Assembly (NCBI GenBank): GCA_965649825.1
Contig: OZ287696.1
Coordinates: 1,336,081 to 1,400,080 of the forward strand
Direction: 5' to 3'
Length of the DNA stretch: 64,000 nt
Origin: Penicillus capitatus
Lineage: Eukaryota > Plantae > Chlorophyta
Part shown: piece by piece, positions 39,396 through 50,801 of the stretch
Position numbering within the stretch: position 1 is the stretch's first letter
Layout of the letters: every line of letters starts with the position of its first letter
Made by a program: the position numbers and the translations under genes
Notes under the pieces: generated by a model
Told to the model about the DNA's origin: nothing
The model's database searches: none
What the model saw: the letters and a program-made list of their open reading frames with translations, nothing else

Positions 39396-40530
39396 TCAAG
39401 AGAAAGTCGCTGCATACTCTTCCAGCAGATTTGCCCCTGCTTCGAAGCTTTGGAGGGCGAAGTAGCGTTGCTGAAATCCATCCTTGTAGCTCATTTTCGG
39501 CTGCGGGACATAGGGATCGAAAGGGACCACATCTGCTTTGCCATCTCCCATCCACTGCAGCTCGCCATAGCTCGACAGAATTCCTGCACCGAAGGCTTTG
39601 ATATCTGATCCCTCGTAGACCACGCCGTATTCGACGGAATAGAAGTAGACCTTCGTCAGATGCCAAATGCGTTCCTCCGAAGCGCCCAGCGATGCCAGAC
39701 CAATGCAGTGCATCATTTTGCAGAACATCGGATCAGTAAGCATGGTAACGTGGCCAAGGAGTTCATGGATCAAGTCAGGCTCGGGTGTGTAGATTGGATT
39801 CGTGTGATGGCGGACGTACTGAGTCGAGTGGAATGTCTTGAAAGCCAGACCATTGAGAAAATCGCGTGGATGCATCAATCCAGAGGTGGGACGAATCTGC
39901 CATCCCGTTTCCTCCTGGATGACAGCAGAAATATCTTCAAGCTGCGGCACGTAGTCTTCTGTGAAACGGAACTTGGGAAAGCTCCTATTGTACGTCTGAC
40001 AGGCGTATGCGGGATAGAGATCCCTCAACGTATGCAGAGCGAAAGCCCATGTTGCCCGTTCCGTCTCTGTGTACTCCACTCTTGGAATTGGCTGACCACT
40101 GCAGACAGCGACGGGTCGTGCCAGGAACAGAACAGAGGATGCCCCTTACATCTCGTGACTCTTTGCCAATTGTTGAATCATTTGTCGTCTCTTCTTGTAG
40201 ACTTCATCTCCAAATCCCTATACCATCATCTTGCGTTTACCACCCCTGTGACAATGCGCGTCGTCATACGGGATGTTCTTCAGCGAGGTCGGCACCGTAG
40301 CCCAGTATTCTTCCGTTATCGATATCTTCGAGGCGACGAGGCGCTGGATGTCTTTCTGAAGCAGCGGCTGAGCATTCTGGTCAAAACAGATTCAACATCA
40401 GCGACTGCTATGGACTCGATGATGGCGTACGCGTGATATAACGTTTGGCGAAATGTTTTCCCGGCCATCGTTGCACCACACGTGGCGTCAGTGACGACAG
40501 AAATCGTCCTGGTTCAGCTCCACGAAGCAT
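39396..40530 (-). CDS. PAH: Phenylalanine 4-hydroxylase (aromatic amino acid hydroxylase), organelle-targeted
   Basis: Spliced EEHPGFGDEVYKKRR, PIPRVEYT, FHSTQYVRH, YTPEPDLIHELLGH, YSVEYG, KAFGAGILSSYGEL. Confidence 0.93.
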
Positions 40531-40842
40531 AGTTGTGAAAATGCTGCAGTTTGCGTCAGCGTGACGCACAAACCGCGTCATTTCAGAGACGCTCTATGTC
40601 GTTGTCAACGTGACAACTCTCAGTTATATGAAAATGGATGCAACCGTGATCGTTCTTGTCACAAAAACAATCGAACAAATGCGCAGCCATGCGTGATTGA
40701 AACGCTGACTGAGTGATGATCTCTGTTCCGTCAGCTGTTTTTAGTACACTCCCGCGCGTCTGTACACGATGCATCCATTTATTGTTCCATAAACGCATCA
40801 TCCACTGCGCCTGCCGCCTGTCGTACACATTGACTGATAAAG

Positions 40843-42122
40843 ATGAAGGTGCTGCTTGAATTCCGTGCTGGAAAAATGAACCTCGAAGAGCGCAAGCTCG
40901 TCCCCGATTCGCGACGAGGGCGAACACGTATTGTCGACGTCTGTGCCCTTTGTCTGAGATCACCACAGCATGACTGATAGCGTAATAGGATATCGATGGA
41001 ATCCGACACGTCCAATGGGGACCCGACAGCGCAAACGGCTTCGTGCCAGAACAGGATATCATTGTGATGCCAGATCAGGCAGATTACCGCAAAGTGTGAC
41101 GGACGTCTCCGCATCCGGTCAAGAATCGACCAGACATATTCTCTTTTAGGTAGGGCCAGTGGACGAGCGCGTCTACGAATTGAAATTCCGCGACAAGTCC
41201 TGTACGCTGTTCTTCTGGTAAGGGCCAGCCATAGAGTGAGCTAAAATGTGAGAAATGTCGAACAGGATGCAAGAGAGTGATGTTAGTAAAGATCCAGACA
41301 TCTGCGAGTCCTTCAATGCCATGATTCAAAACAAGGGTAGATGACTCACTACTACGTAAGTACGACGATGCAAGCTGTGTGTCCTGTACAGGAATTGGAT
41401 CGTCTCCACAGCACCATACAAAGTGCTTCAATGTGTCACAGAAGGCAGAATGTGTCAATCCCACTTTTCGTGTTCTAGCGTGCAAACAGGCATTCCGGAT
41501 GCATCCTCTTTGGCACAGCTCTTGAGGTAATGGCGGTCGAGATGTAATGGTGTTGAGGTGTGCTTGTAGTCAAATCGCGTCATCTTCGTCAGGGGGAGGA
41601 GGAGGGCCATCCCGGCCGACTCTTAATCTTCAGCAACAGGCTACTCTGGCAGCAACGCTGTTGTCCAGCGCTTTTGGCATGCCAACAAGAGGCATTCCCA
41701 AAAGACCACCGGGACCCAGTCTCGCTCAAATTCTTGAACCTGACATTCTCCTGCGGTATGTTCAGCAGCCAGGAATGCTGGAACGTCTGGCGGAGTATCT
41801 TCCCGAATCACAAAGGCAACGCATTCTTTCTGTGCTGCCGTCTTCACGAGTGCGTGTCGTGGTCTCTAGGACACAGGAAGCATTGGTCAGTCAGTGTCTC
41901 TCGCCGCAATTGCATCAACAGCTCAAAATGTTCAGCAGTGCTCTACAGACAGGGCAGTTTGATCCTGCAGCCCTAGGGCTTCAAGTCGAGGCACATGAAC
42001 AGCAACACCTCGATGCTGCTCGACTGAGACAATTCTGTTCGTAGGGACTCTCCTCTATCGATTTCTTGAATGCAATTCAAAAACTCGTCGATCGAGAGAA
42101 AGAACAGCATCGATCGGAGTAG
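40843..42122 (+). CDS. RPN13: Proteasomal ubiquitin receptor RPN13/ADRM1
   Basis: Pru domain LLEFRAGKM...LVPDSRRG; C-terminal DEUBAD-like LAEYLPE...SPQLHQQLKMFSSALQTGQ...IDFLNAI. Confidence 0.9.
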
Positions 42123-42157
42123 TCTATGTACATGACGTCTTTCGGTCATCGAAACAT

Positions 42158-44590
42158 ATGTCGAATCGTTTCGTTCTTCGCCGCTGTCGATTCTGCTATT
42201 TCGCAACGTTGCGTCGTTTTCTCGTAGCGACGATCGACATCGATCGGCACGCGAATTCACCAAAGCAGCTGTTCGCGACCAAGGCTGGAAGAAAGAGAGG
42301 ATTGGCTGATGCCGAAGTCGAATCAGCGTTTCTCCGTCGGTTTGTGGACGTCCAAAAGAACCCAGACGCAGCCGAAGTTGTCCGTCTTTTTAGCTTTCTT
42401 GCATCCGAGAGCGCCGATCTGAATAACGATCGCATTTTCGTCGACCTCTGCGATTTCGCGGCGACGGTAGCTCGTGGCTTCGACGCCTCGGACATTGAAC
42501 TGATCTTCAGAGTCTGTTACCAACGTCTCGACGTTCCGCACCGTGGTCTCCTCCATTGCATTGCAGATGTCTTGATCGCCTCTGACGATCTGACACCCTT
42601 TCCTCCTTCATCGCTCGTCAGTATCTTGACCTACATCTCAAGAAGACGCCGAGTTGAAGCGAAATCGCTAAAGAGTGAAGAGGATCCAAGATTCTTTCCT
42701 GAGGAAGATGACCTTGTGCTGATGTTGTTGGAAGAGGTGACACAGAAAGAGAAACTCGAAGCACTCGAGGCAACAGACGTCGCAAGCGCCTTCTGCTCTG
42801 CCGCGGCGTTGCAGATCGACACCGGAATGTGTTTAACCCAACTTAGAGAGAGACTCTGTGAAGAAATGATACTGCAGCAGTTATCGGCAAAGGAGATCGC
42901 ACATCTCGCTTACATATCTGTCATGTTCTTGGAGGAAGACCCCTCGTTTGTGCTGAGAATGGCACAGGAGTTTCCAAGAAGAGTGGCAGAAACGAGTGGT
43001 GTGGAGCATATTGCTATACTGCTCTATAGTCTAGTCAAATGCGAAGGAGTCGTGAAAGTCCCGTCCAGACTACGCGCACTCTGCAGTCAGATACAGGAAG
43101 AACACATAGAGCCACTTCCAAACGCAGACCTGGCTTGTTTATTCTACAGTCTCGGTCGACTGGCCATCCGAAACGATGCCCTCCTGGAGATTCTATCCAA
43201 AGAGGTCTGCAAGAAATCGAGGCTTGAGTCCATTGAAGGACGTCAGCTGTTAAGCATTCTGCATGCCATCCAGCAGCTCGGTTATGTCAAAGACCCTCTA
43301 TTGATCTCAGCACTGAGCCACGAGATCTTGACCGGAAGAGATCAGACCACGGGCGTGTGGAGACTCCAGCGATTCAAAACCTTCGAGATCTGTGGTATTC
43401 TTCACGCTTTCAGTCGAATAGGGATGCATATGGAATGGGTGACACGTATGTTGCTGAGAGAACTCATCCGTGATGCCAGACAGGAGGATTTGACACAGGA
43501 CATCGTGAGTATGATGATACATTCGATGGGTCTGACGCGTGTCTGGGATCAAGAGATCCTCTCGTACCTCAAAACCAATTGGCTGACCGAAAAAGAACTC
43601 GAGAATTTTGATGATCCGTTACTATCCATGATGATCTCTGGGTTTTCACGGTTCTGTCCAACTCGAATGCTTGCCCATATGTCTCCCATTGTGAAGGAGA
43701 TGGTCCAGGAGAAGAGATTGGAGAGGTGTGATAACATCACATTGACAAGCGTCATCCATGGACTGGCAGTTGCCAAATGCGGAAACCCACGCCGCGTACG
43801 GGCGCTTATCAACGAAGCTAGCAAACCCGAGAGGATTAAATCGATGTCCGAGAGATCACTGTCCCTGATGATCTATTCGTTGGGAAGATTTCAATGTCTC
43901 GAGGCCGATGGCCCGGCATACTGTACACCTTTTGTCAAAGAGGCGCTGAAAGCAGACAGATTGGCTCAGATGGATAACCAAGGGCTGTCCAATTTGATCT
44001 TGGGCCTTGGCAAAGTGAAGTATCAAGATAACGCCCATGTGCTGCAGTTTGTTCAAGAACTGCTTAGACCACATCGGTCTGCTGGGCTGAAAGAGAAGGG
44101 ATACGTTCAGCTGTGTCACACTGTCTTCACATTAGCAAACCTCAAAGTCCAACAGTGCGATGCTATCCTCGATTCGATCTCGGCCTTTCTTCTGCAGAAC
44201 GGCGTCCGTTCCATAGCGAAGGAAGGTCTCGCTTATGTGGTGGCCAAATTTGCACATCTAGACTACCGAAACGTCGAGCTGTATACGGCGCTTGTCAGAG
44301 AGGCCATTCGACGAGAAGGCATGCGAATGCAAAGGGCAGCAGACATACCGTTGATCGTGGAGTCTATTGGACGTCTGAAATTGCCCTGGCTCTTCGGAGA
44401 GCTCATCTCATCTGGACTCAGAGAATTAGACAACCTCAACCGCTATCATGTCATCGATCTGAAGCGATTGCTTAACGGTTTTGTATCAATGAAAGGATCC
44501 ATAAGGCCGGATCTGATGCACAGACTAGAAAAAAGATTGTCTCAATTGAACGCGCTTCGCAGTCAAAGTACTGTCCTTGCTGTAAAGTAA
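42158..44590 (+). CDS. Intronless 810-aa helical-repeat protein (OPR/FASTK-like), probable organellar RNA binder
   Basis: About 14 degenerate ~39-40-aa repeats, e.g. L..F....LS.MI.SLG.L...........LV.E..K..R. Arg-rich targeting-like N-terminus. Confidence 0.7.
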   Translation: MSNRFVLRRCRFCYFATLRRFLVATIDIDRHANSPKQLFATKAGRKRGLADAEVESAFLRRFVDVQKNPDAAEVVRLFSFLASESADLNNDRIFVDLCDFAATVARGFDASDIELIFRVCYQRLDVPHRGLLHCIADVLIASDDLTPFPPSSLVSILTYISRRRRVEAKSLKSEEDPRFFPEEDDLVLMLLEEVTQKEKLEALEATDVASAFCSAAALQIDTGMCLTQLRERLCEEMILQQLSAKEIAHLAYISVMFLEEDPSFVLRMAQEFPRRVAETSGVEHIAILLYSLVKCEGVVKVPSRLRALCSQIQEEHIEPLPNADLACLFYSLGRLAIRNDALLEILSKEVCKKSRLESIEGRQLLSILHAIQQLGYVKDPLLISALSHEILTGRDQTTGVWRLQRFKTFEICGILHAFSRIGMHMEWVTRMLLRELIRDARQEDLTQDIVSMMIHSMGLTRVWDQEILSYLKTNWLTEKELENFDDPLLSMMISGFSRFCPTRMLAHMSPIVKEMVQEKRLERCDNITLTSVIHGLAVAKCGNPRRVRALINEASKPERIKSMSERSLSLMIYSLGRFQCLEADGPAYCTPFVKEALKADRLAQMDNQGLSNLILGLGKVKYQDNAHVLQFVQELLRPHRSAGLKEKGYVQLCHTVFTLANLKVQQCDAILDSISAFLLQNGVRSIAKEGLAYVVAKFAHLDYRNVELYTALVREAIRREGMRMQRAADIPLIVESIGRLKLPWLFGELISSGLRELDNLNRYHVIDLKRLLNGFVSMKGSIRPDLMHRLEKRLSQLNALRSQSTVLAVK

Positions 44591-44647
44591 TCCATTCTGT
44601 GACGCCTTTTCTCCCGTGTCGTGAGCAGACGGGCCTGCAGACGTCAC

Positions 44648-45850
44648 ATGCTTTCTTCCCGGCGCATTCTCGAGGGAACGAGAATTGACCCAGGGCTGGC
44701 AGGGGATGCCGACGATGGAGAGAGGCTCGGGTCACGCGGAGGGCGACAATTGAAAATCGCTGTCGTCGGTGAGACGGGCGTCGGAAAGACGTCTCTCATT
44801 GAACGTCTTGTTCACAATACCTTCGACGAAAGGTTGGCCCATCCTTCGAAGAGTGGACAACGGATGATAACACCGACAATGCTGTAGACCCGACCTCGCG
44901 GAGAGCAAGGTTGCCCAGCACGCGCGCATCGAACTCCCACTCCATGGGGATGTCACGACACAGGCGCGGACGCTCTCACTGCAACACCACGTTATCTTCG
45001 GCTGTCACTTTAGGTCTGGGAAATGCGAGCTAGGTATTTGCGCGAAGAGATACTCGAGTATTATCTCTACGGAAGCGACGCTGTGCTCTTTGTCTACGAT
45101 TTGACCAGCACCGAGGTGCGGCATCTCCTTAGGCCAACAGCGTACTGACGGTGGCGGCGCTGCAGAGTTTTGATGGTTTGCTTGCTTGGACGAGGAGAGT
45201 GCGTTCGTGTTTTGAAGACGAGCATGCCGTTTACTGCGCCATTGTCGCGAATAAGATCGATCTTGCCGAACGGAGAGCCGTTTCGCCGAGTAATCATAAC
45301 GCATTTGTCCGAGAGCAACAGATTTACAGGTTTGGTACACAATGCCCTTACCACAAACCGTCCGTAGCGTTCTCATTGTAGTTATCAGGTGTCGGCAAAG
45401 ACAGGCACAAATGTCAAGGCCATGTTCAGCCGAATCGCGGGAGACTTGCTTGGGTTACGACTGTCCAATGCATATCTCATGAGTTTGGGCGCCACATTAC
45501 TGTCGCCACGGTACTCGGCGCGATCGAAGTGTGAAGGAGAAAAGGATGGATACCAGCACAACGGATCTCATCGACAGAGTCGTTCTTCGTTTGTATCGGA
45601 TGCCTCGACCATCCGCATCAACTCCGCTTCGACGACTGGCACTTCTCTTCTGGATATGAATGAGAAGCTCGCGGACGGGAGAACAAAGTTGCCGAGATCT
45701 GCATCGACCGAAGGACAACGGTCGAACGCGACGAACAGATCGGGAGGCATTTCAGAGATGGCTGCTTTTGCCATCGATGAGAAATCGACTCGGCCGGAAG
45801 AGAATCCGACGGGAAAATGCTGCTGCTGCTGTTGCTGCACGATCGTCTGA
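44648..45850 (+). CDS. Rab28-like small GTPase with degenerate switch motifs
   Basis: G1 GETGVGKT, YLYGSDAVLFVYDLT..SF, G4 NKID, G5 SAK, IAGDLLGL, C-terminal C7-TIV (CaaX). Confidence 0.75.
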
Positions 45851-46174
45851 AGCGACAAAGGAATAGAGATGCATGGCGGCCAACTTCATTGCTGACAGAA
45901 ACAAACAGTGCAGTGATCTCGAGATGAGGACGAAACCAGAGTCTATGCTGGACCCTTGAACTAAGGCTTCTTGTGAGGAGACGATCGGTTTCAGATAGCT
46001 ACCCCTTGAGCACTTTCAGAAGAGATGGTAAGCGATATAGATAGAGTGAGCTTGCATAAGGACGGATTTCTCCAAAAGATAAAGCGTGTCACAGTGTCTC
46101 TCCGTCACACTTGTTACAATTTCAGTCTAGCCATCAAAAGGACGACGATCTTGATCGTGCTGTCGAAGGCTGTC

Positions 46175-47169
46175 TTAGCCGTAACATCGAATGCTATCCT
46201 TGCATCCCTTCGCTGCAGACTGCGGCTGATTGAACCTGGAAAGCATTAGAAACGCAGAAGTCAGTGGGCGACGGTCAGACATGAGGCACACCTCCCTCCT
46301 TTCTCCAGGTATTGCTGATGGTACTCCTCTGCCAAATAGTAATCCCCGGCAGGCAGCAATTCGACGACGACTTTCTTCTCTGCCGTTCGGCGGAATGCCC
46401 CACTGTCAATCTTGTTCTGAACATCGATCAATGCCTTTTCTGCAGCCTCCTTCTGAGCAGGAGAATGGTAATAGACGCCAGAACGATACTGCGTCCCGGC
46501 ATCGTTGCCCTGCCGATTCAGGGTCGTAGGGTCCGTTCTCTCAAAGAACGTATCCAACAGGTTTCCATATGTCGCGGCCTTTGGATCATAAGTCACCTGC
46601 GGATCACAGTGTCCACTCTCAAGTACATATGCGTCTGTACGATTCTACCTGGACAGCTTCTGTGTGTCCACTTAAGCCGCTGCAAACGAGCTCGTACGTG
46701 GGACTTGGGACGGTCCCTTGAGTGTAACCAACGCTTGTCTTGACGACGCCCGGGACTCTCTGAAATGCTAATTCCAGACCCCAGAAACATCCACCTGTGC
46801 CGTCATCGATCGAGAATGTCGTGCGGATCAGGGAGTGACCTGCAAAGGTTGCCAATTCCATTCCAGATGGAGGATCCTTAGGCGCAAGCTCGGTGCCCAT
46901 GGAGGCAAATGCACGTGCTATTCGCGAAAATAAAGCTGCCTGGACGAACAAACACCCCTGGAGAGGAATTGCGCACCTCGACAGAGCAGAAGAAATCGCA
47001 CCCGTCGATTGAGGCTCAGGCTCGAAGAAAGACGCGACGAACACAATCGGCGCGTTCCGTTTGGTGCTCCTGAGGGACTTCTCCTCCTCGTCGTCAACGC
47101 GGCTGTCGAGGCGACGCGTGTGAGGCCAGTGCAGAACGACCGCGTCTGCGAGATCTGTCCAACGTTCAT
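46175..47169 (-). CDS. MSRA: Peptide methionine sulfoxide reductase A, plastid-type
   Basis: [39 protein letters not shown], terminal [10 protein letters not shown]. Confidence 0.96.
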
Positions 47170-47325
47170 GACTGGAATTGACGCCACCGTTCACGTAAGT
47201 CTCGCGTAACGAACTCAACACGAGGTATTACCAGAAGCACCCAAAAGAGATCTCGTTCCCGCGTGAAGATTTGTGGAGCACCGAATGGTCGTATCCAAGG
47301 CAACGACCGTCGGGACTGTTCTATA

Positions 47326-48365
47326 CTAAAGGCCCATTTTTCGTTTTAAGTCTTTCAATACGTCTTCCACCTCATCTTCTACAGATTTCTTTGATGTTTC
47401 TGATGTCTCCTTCCTAAGACACATGGTTTTCATAGAAAGGGGATGAAGTCAGAATTCAAACGATTACTCTTTTGCACGGGGAGGTGAGCTGGGCTCTGCC
47501 GATTCTCTCTGCTGTGAATCTGGCGGCGCGGTAATCCCAGCTTCCTCTTCCAAGAACTCGACGAATTCCTATGCCATTCCACAGAACTGTGAGCGAAACC
47601 GCGTGATGCATCACAGCAAATACCTCTCCGAAACTCGAAAGCTCTTCCCACAGGCTTCCAATTTTATCGTCGGTTGTCGTTTTCTCCGCGGCAAAATCGG
47701 AAAACACCTCTCCCAGATCCCGAAACACATCCTCCTGCGATTCCAACCCTTTCTATCCAAAGAACCGTCGCGATGCTCATTTACCAATCTGTACGCAGGT
47801 TCCGGCGCAAAAGTTGCACGAGGTCTCGATGATGACCGATAAGAGGAAAAGGGATCGTCCCTGTCGTACACTGAGCCCTAGTACAGGCCAACAGCATTTG
47901 GATGACCACGTCTTGGGTGCATAGTTGTCTGGCACCATTCTCAGCTTTCGATCATGATCTGCACGTGCGTTTCCATCCGAGAGGATCTGGTAAGCGTGTC
48001 TGATCTGTTTGAACTGATCGGCAGCGTCTGGCTAAATAGCGCCACGACCATTAGATGGGAGGAGGACCCTCGACAGAGGACTGACAGATTTGTTCACGTC
48101 TGGATGCACTTTCAGCGCCTGCTTCTTAAAAGCGGCCTTGATTTCGTTGGCGGATGCTTTTTTGTCAACGCCCAGCACTCTGTAGAGATCTAAACAATCG
48201 CTTTCGCGTCATTGACTGCCAACCTCGAAAACGACCTTGATGCGCCTGGCAGAGGATGGATTTTCTGCTTTCGCGAGGTCTCTTCGATCGACGGTTTCGC
48301 CGAAGCACTGGAGCGTGAATGTTCCATTTGCATCTGGACAGGGGTAGAAACCCGCGTCCTGGCAT
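47326..48365 (-). CDS. DnaJ-domain (class C) protein
   Basis: Spliced [34 protein letters not shown] (HPD motif), [13 protein letters not shown]. Confidence 0.88.
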
Positions 48366-48412
48366 CCTCGTCAAATCATCTTTACCGTCACGTCTTTTGT
48401 TTTCTCACATTC

Positions 48413-49660
48413 ATGCATCCATATCGACCTCAGGGACATGCAAGACGAACGGAAAGAACTGAGAGCTGTCCACAGGAGTTCTTTCACTCGCAAGCGCAAC
48501 TACTGCAAGGAGAGAATTTGGCCCGACCGCCTCTTCAGCAGCAGTGGTCTCTGCCAGGCCAACATCCTGCAGTTGGGTACGAAACGTGTTTCTATCCGCA
48601 GGTATGTTCCGTTACAGGCCATTCGTCGCAGTCGGGCGTTCTGTGGAGCAGTTGCAGGGTGAGAGCAGTCAGACAGCCTATGGCGCCAGACCTACTGTCT
48701 TGACGGACAACTCATTTCGAACCAGCGCCGTCGGTTCACGACCGCCGAGAAAGAGAGCGCTCATTATCGGCTGCAACTATCCTTTCTCGCCGACTGACAG
48801 ACTAAGAGTAAGACTCCCTCGTCCGTATGCCGTTTGACAGCAGTGGGGTTCTGCAGTCATGTGTGAACGACGCTTTAGCAATGGGTCACATGTTGAGAGA
48901 GATGTTTGGATACTCCCCAGAGAACATACGACTTTTGGTCGATGAGGTCGACGCCTTGACTCAGTCGCATCTTCCCTCATCTCAGTCGTTTCCACCAACA
49001 CGTCAGAACATCATCAAAAGCATGAAGTGGCTTGTCAAGGATGCCCAGGCTTATGACAAGCTCTTCTTCCATTTCAGTGGACACGGGACATGTTCGACCG
49101 ACTACTATGGAGAAGAAAAGGACGGCAAGAATCAGTGTATTATGCCAACCGATCACGCAAACTCGGGGGTCCTGGTGGACGACGACATCAATCGATTTTT
49201 GATTCGTCCGTTGCCGAAAGACTGCGTCTTACATGCGTTGGCGGACTGCTGCCACAGCGGGACAATCATGGACCTTGAATTCGTGTTCGAAGGAAAAGAT
49301 TGGGCTTACCAAGGACCCACGAGAGGATACAAGGGAACAGACGGTGGAATCGTCTTTCAGTTTGCTGCCTGTCGAGATCGACAGCGTGCTTATGAGCCTG
49401 ACAATCCGGACATAACTTTCGGAGCGGCTACGGCGGCATTTATGCATGCCATCCTGAATCTTGATCGGGTCACTTATGGTACAGTGTTGCGAATGATGGA
49501 GCAACAAGTGAAAGATGCAACGACCAGCGAGTTCATGTGGCAAAGAATAAAGAAGTTCTGCAAGAAACCGACTGAGTTTGTGATGGGGAGACAGTATCAA
49601 ATGCCGCAGCTCTCATCTAACACAAACGAGATTCCTTTGAGTACCGAAATCCACCTTTGA
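48413..49660 (+). CDS. Type I metacaspase with Pro/Gln-rich prodomain
   Basis: KRALIIGCNY, CVNDA, PTRQNI, catalytic HFSGHG and DCCHSG, AACRDRQ, QMPQLSS. Confidence 0.95.
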
Positions 49661-50801
49661 ATGGGATAAAGTTGTCGGTCTCTTTTGGCAACGGAACAAG
49701 ATAAGCAGATTGTTAGGCATCTATCTGCGTTGTACCGTTCTTTGCTTCGTATGGGTCACCTTTCAGAAGTGTTCCTGACGCTCAAAACAGTGCCTCCCGG
49801 TCAATCTCGTGCCTCAAACCTGAGGTGCATGACCAAGTAGCTAGCTCTTGCGCTCAGCTGGATCTGTAATCTGTTGTGAAAGCGACAACATGAGCGCTGC
49901 CGATGCTGTTCCAGTTTCGGCAGCAGTGTGCCTTATCGGTTGCCTGACATGCACGAGAGACATCAGAAGGCCTAAGTCTTTAGTGAGAGTTAGAAGTAGG
50001 CAGGATCTTTCCCTCGTGCTGTCATACGATCTTACTGATGTGACCCTAGCCGTGGACAAACATCACAATGGCGGCAAGAGCGGTCCGGAAAGCTTAATAA
50101 AGGGAATGGATGCGCAGAAGTGAAGGTATTATCGTGATATTGTCGAACGAAAGACGCACCGAAACGCAAACGTCGTTAAACGGAGAGAGAGATCCGTACG
50201 TCGATGTAAATCACGGCAAACACGGACTACAGAAGAGACCAGTGTGCTGCAACGTATTGTTCAAATATCCAGATGTCAATGGAAGCCGCAGGGGACAGTT
50301 TCCTCATAAGGTGACGTTGGAAGCTAGCTACCCGTTGTTTATCTCTCGACGCCGTCGCTGCCTCATTATCCCCTCTATTGTGCCAATGTCGTGTAACACA
50401 CATGTGTAGCGTTGATGAACTTTAACTGCATGGGCAGTATCGTACGCGTTGCGGTCGTCGCGACATGAATCTATGCCACCATGCAACGCGGAAGGAGTGC
50501 TCTGTCCATTGCCGCGTCTTTGAATGTAAAGTACAAAGAACAACAAAACCCGACAAAGACGATCAAAGATATCAAGCTCTGTCAGGCACCGTCGTCTATT
50601 TATTCTGTTTCGTTGATAAATAAGCACCAACTAAGTACGAATCGCGCGAGATAATATGCACGTAGTGAGCTTTACTCAAACAACGCAAGTACGAAAAGAC
50701 TACGCGCCACACAGTCTTGCGTACCAGCGTTTATCCGATCTGTAGTTTTTTCCTAGGGAAACGGACTAAACGGAGAAAGGGAAGGAAGAGAAAGACACGT
50801 C

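Noticed and set aside
39396-40530. Animal-type phenylalanine hydroxylase in an alga as a novelty
   Set aside because: Plastid PAH is already described in chlorophytes and non-flowering plants.
46681-46800. Selenocysteine in MsrA
   Set aside because: The active site GCFWG uses a TGT codon and there is no in-frame TGA.
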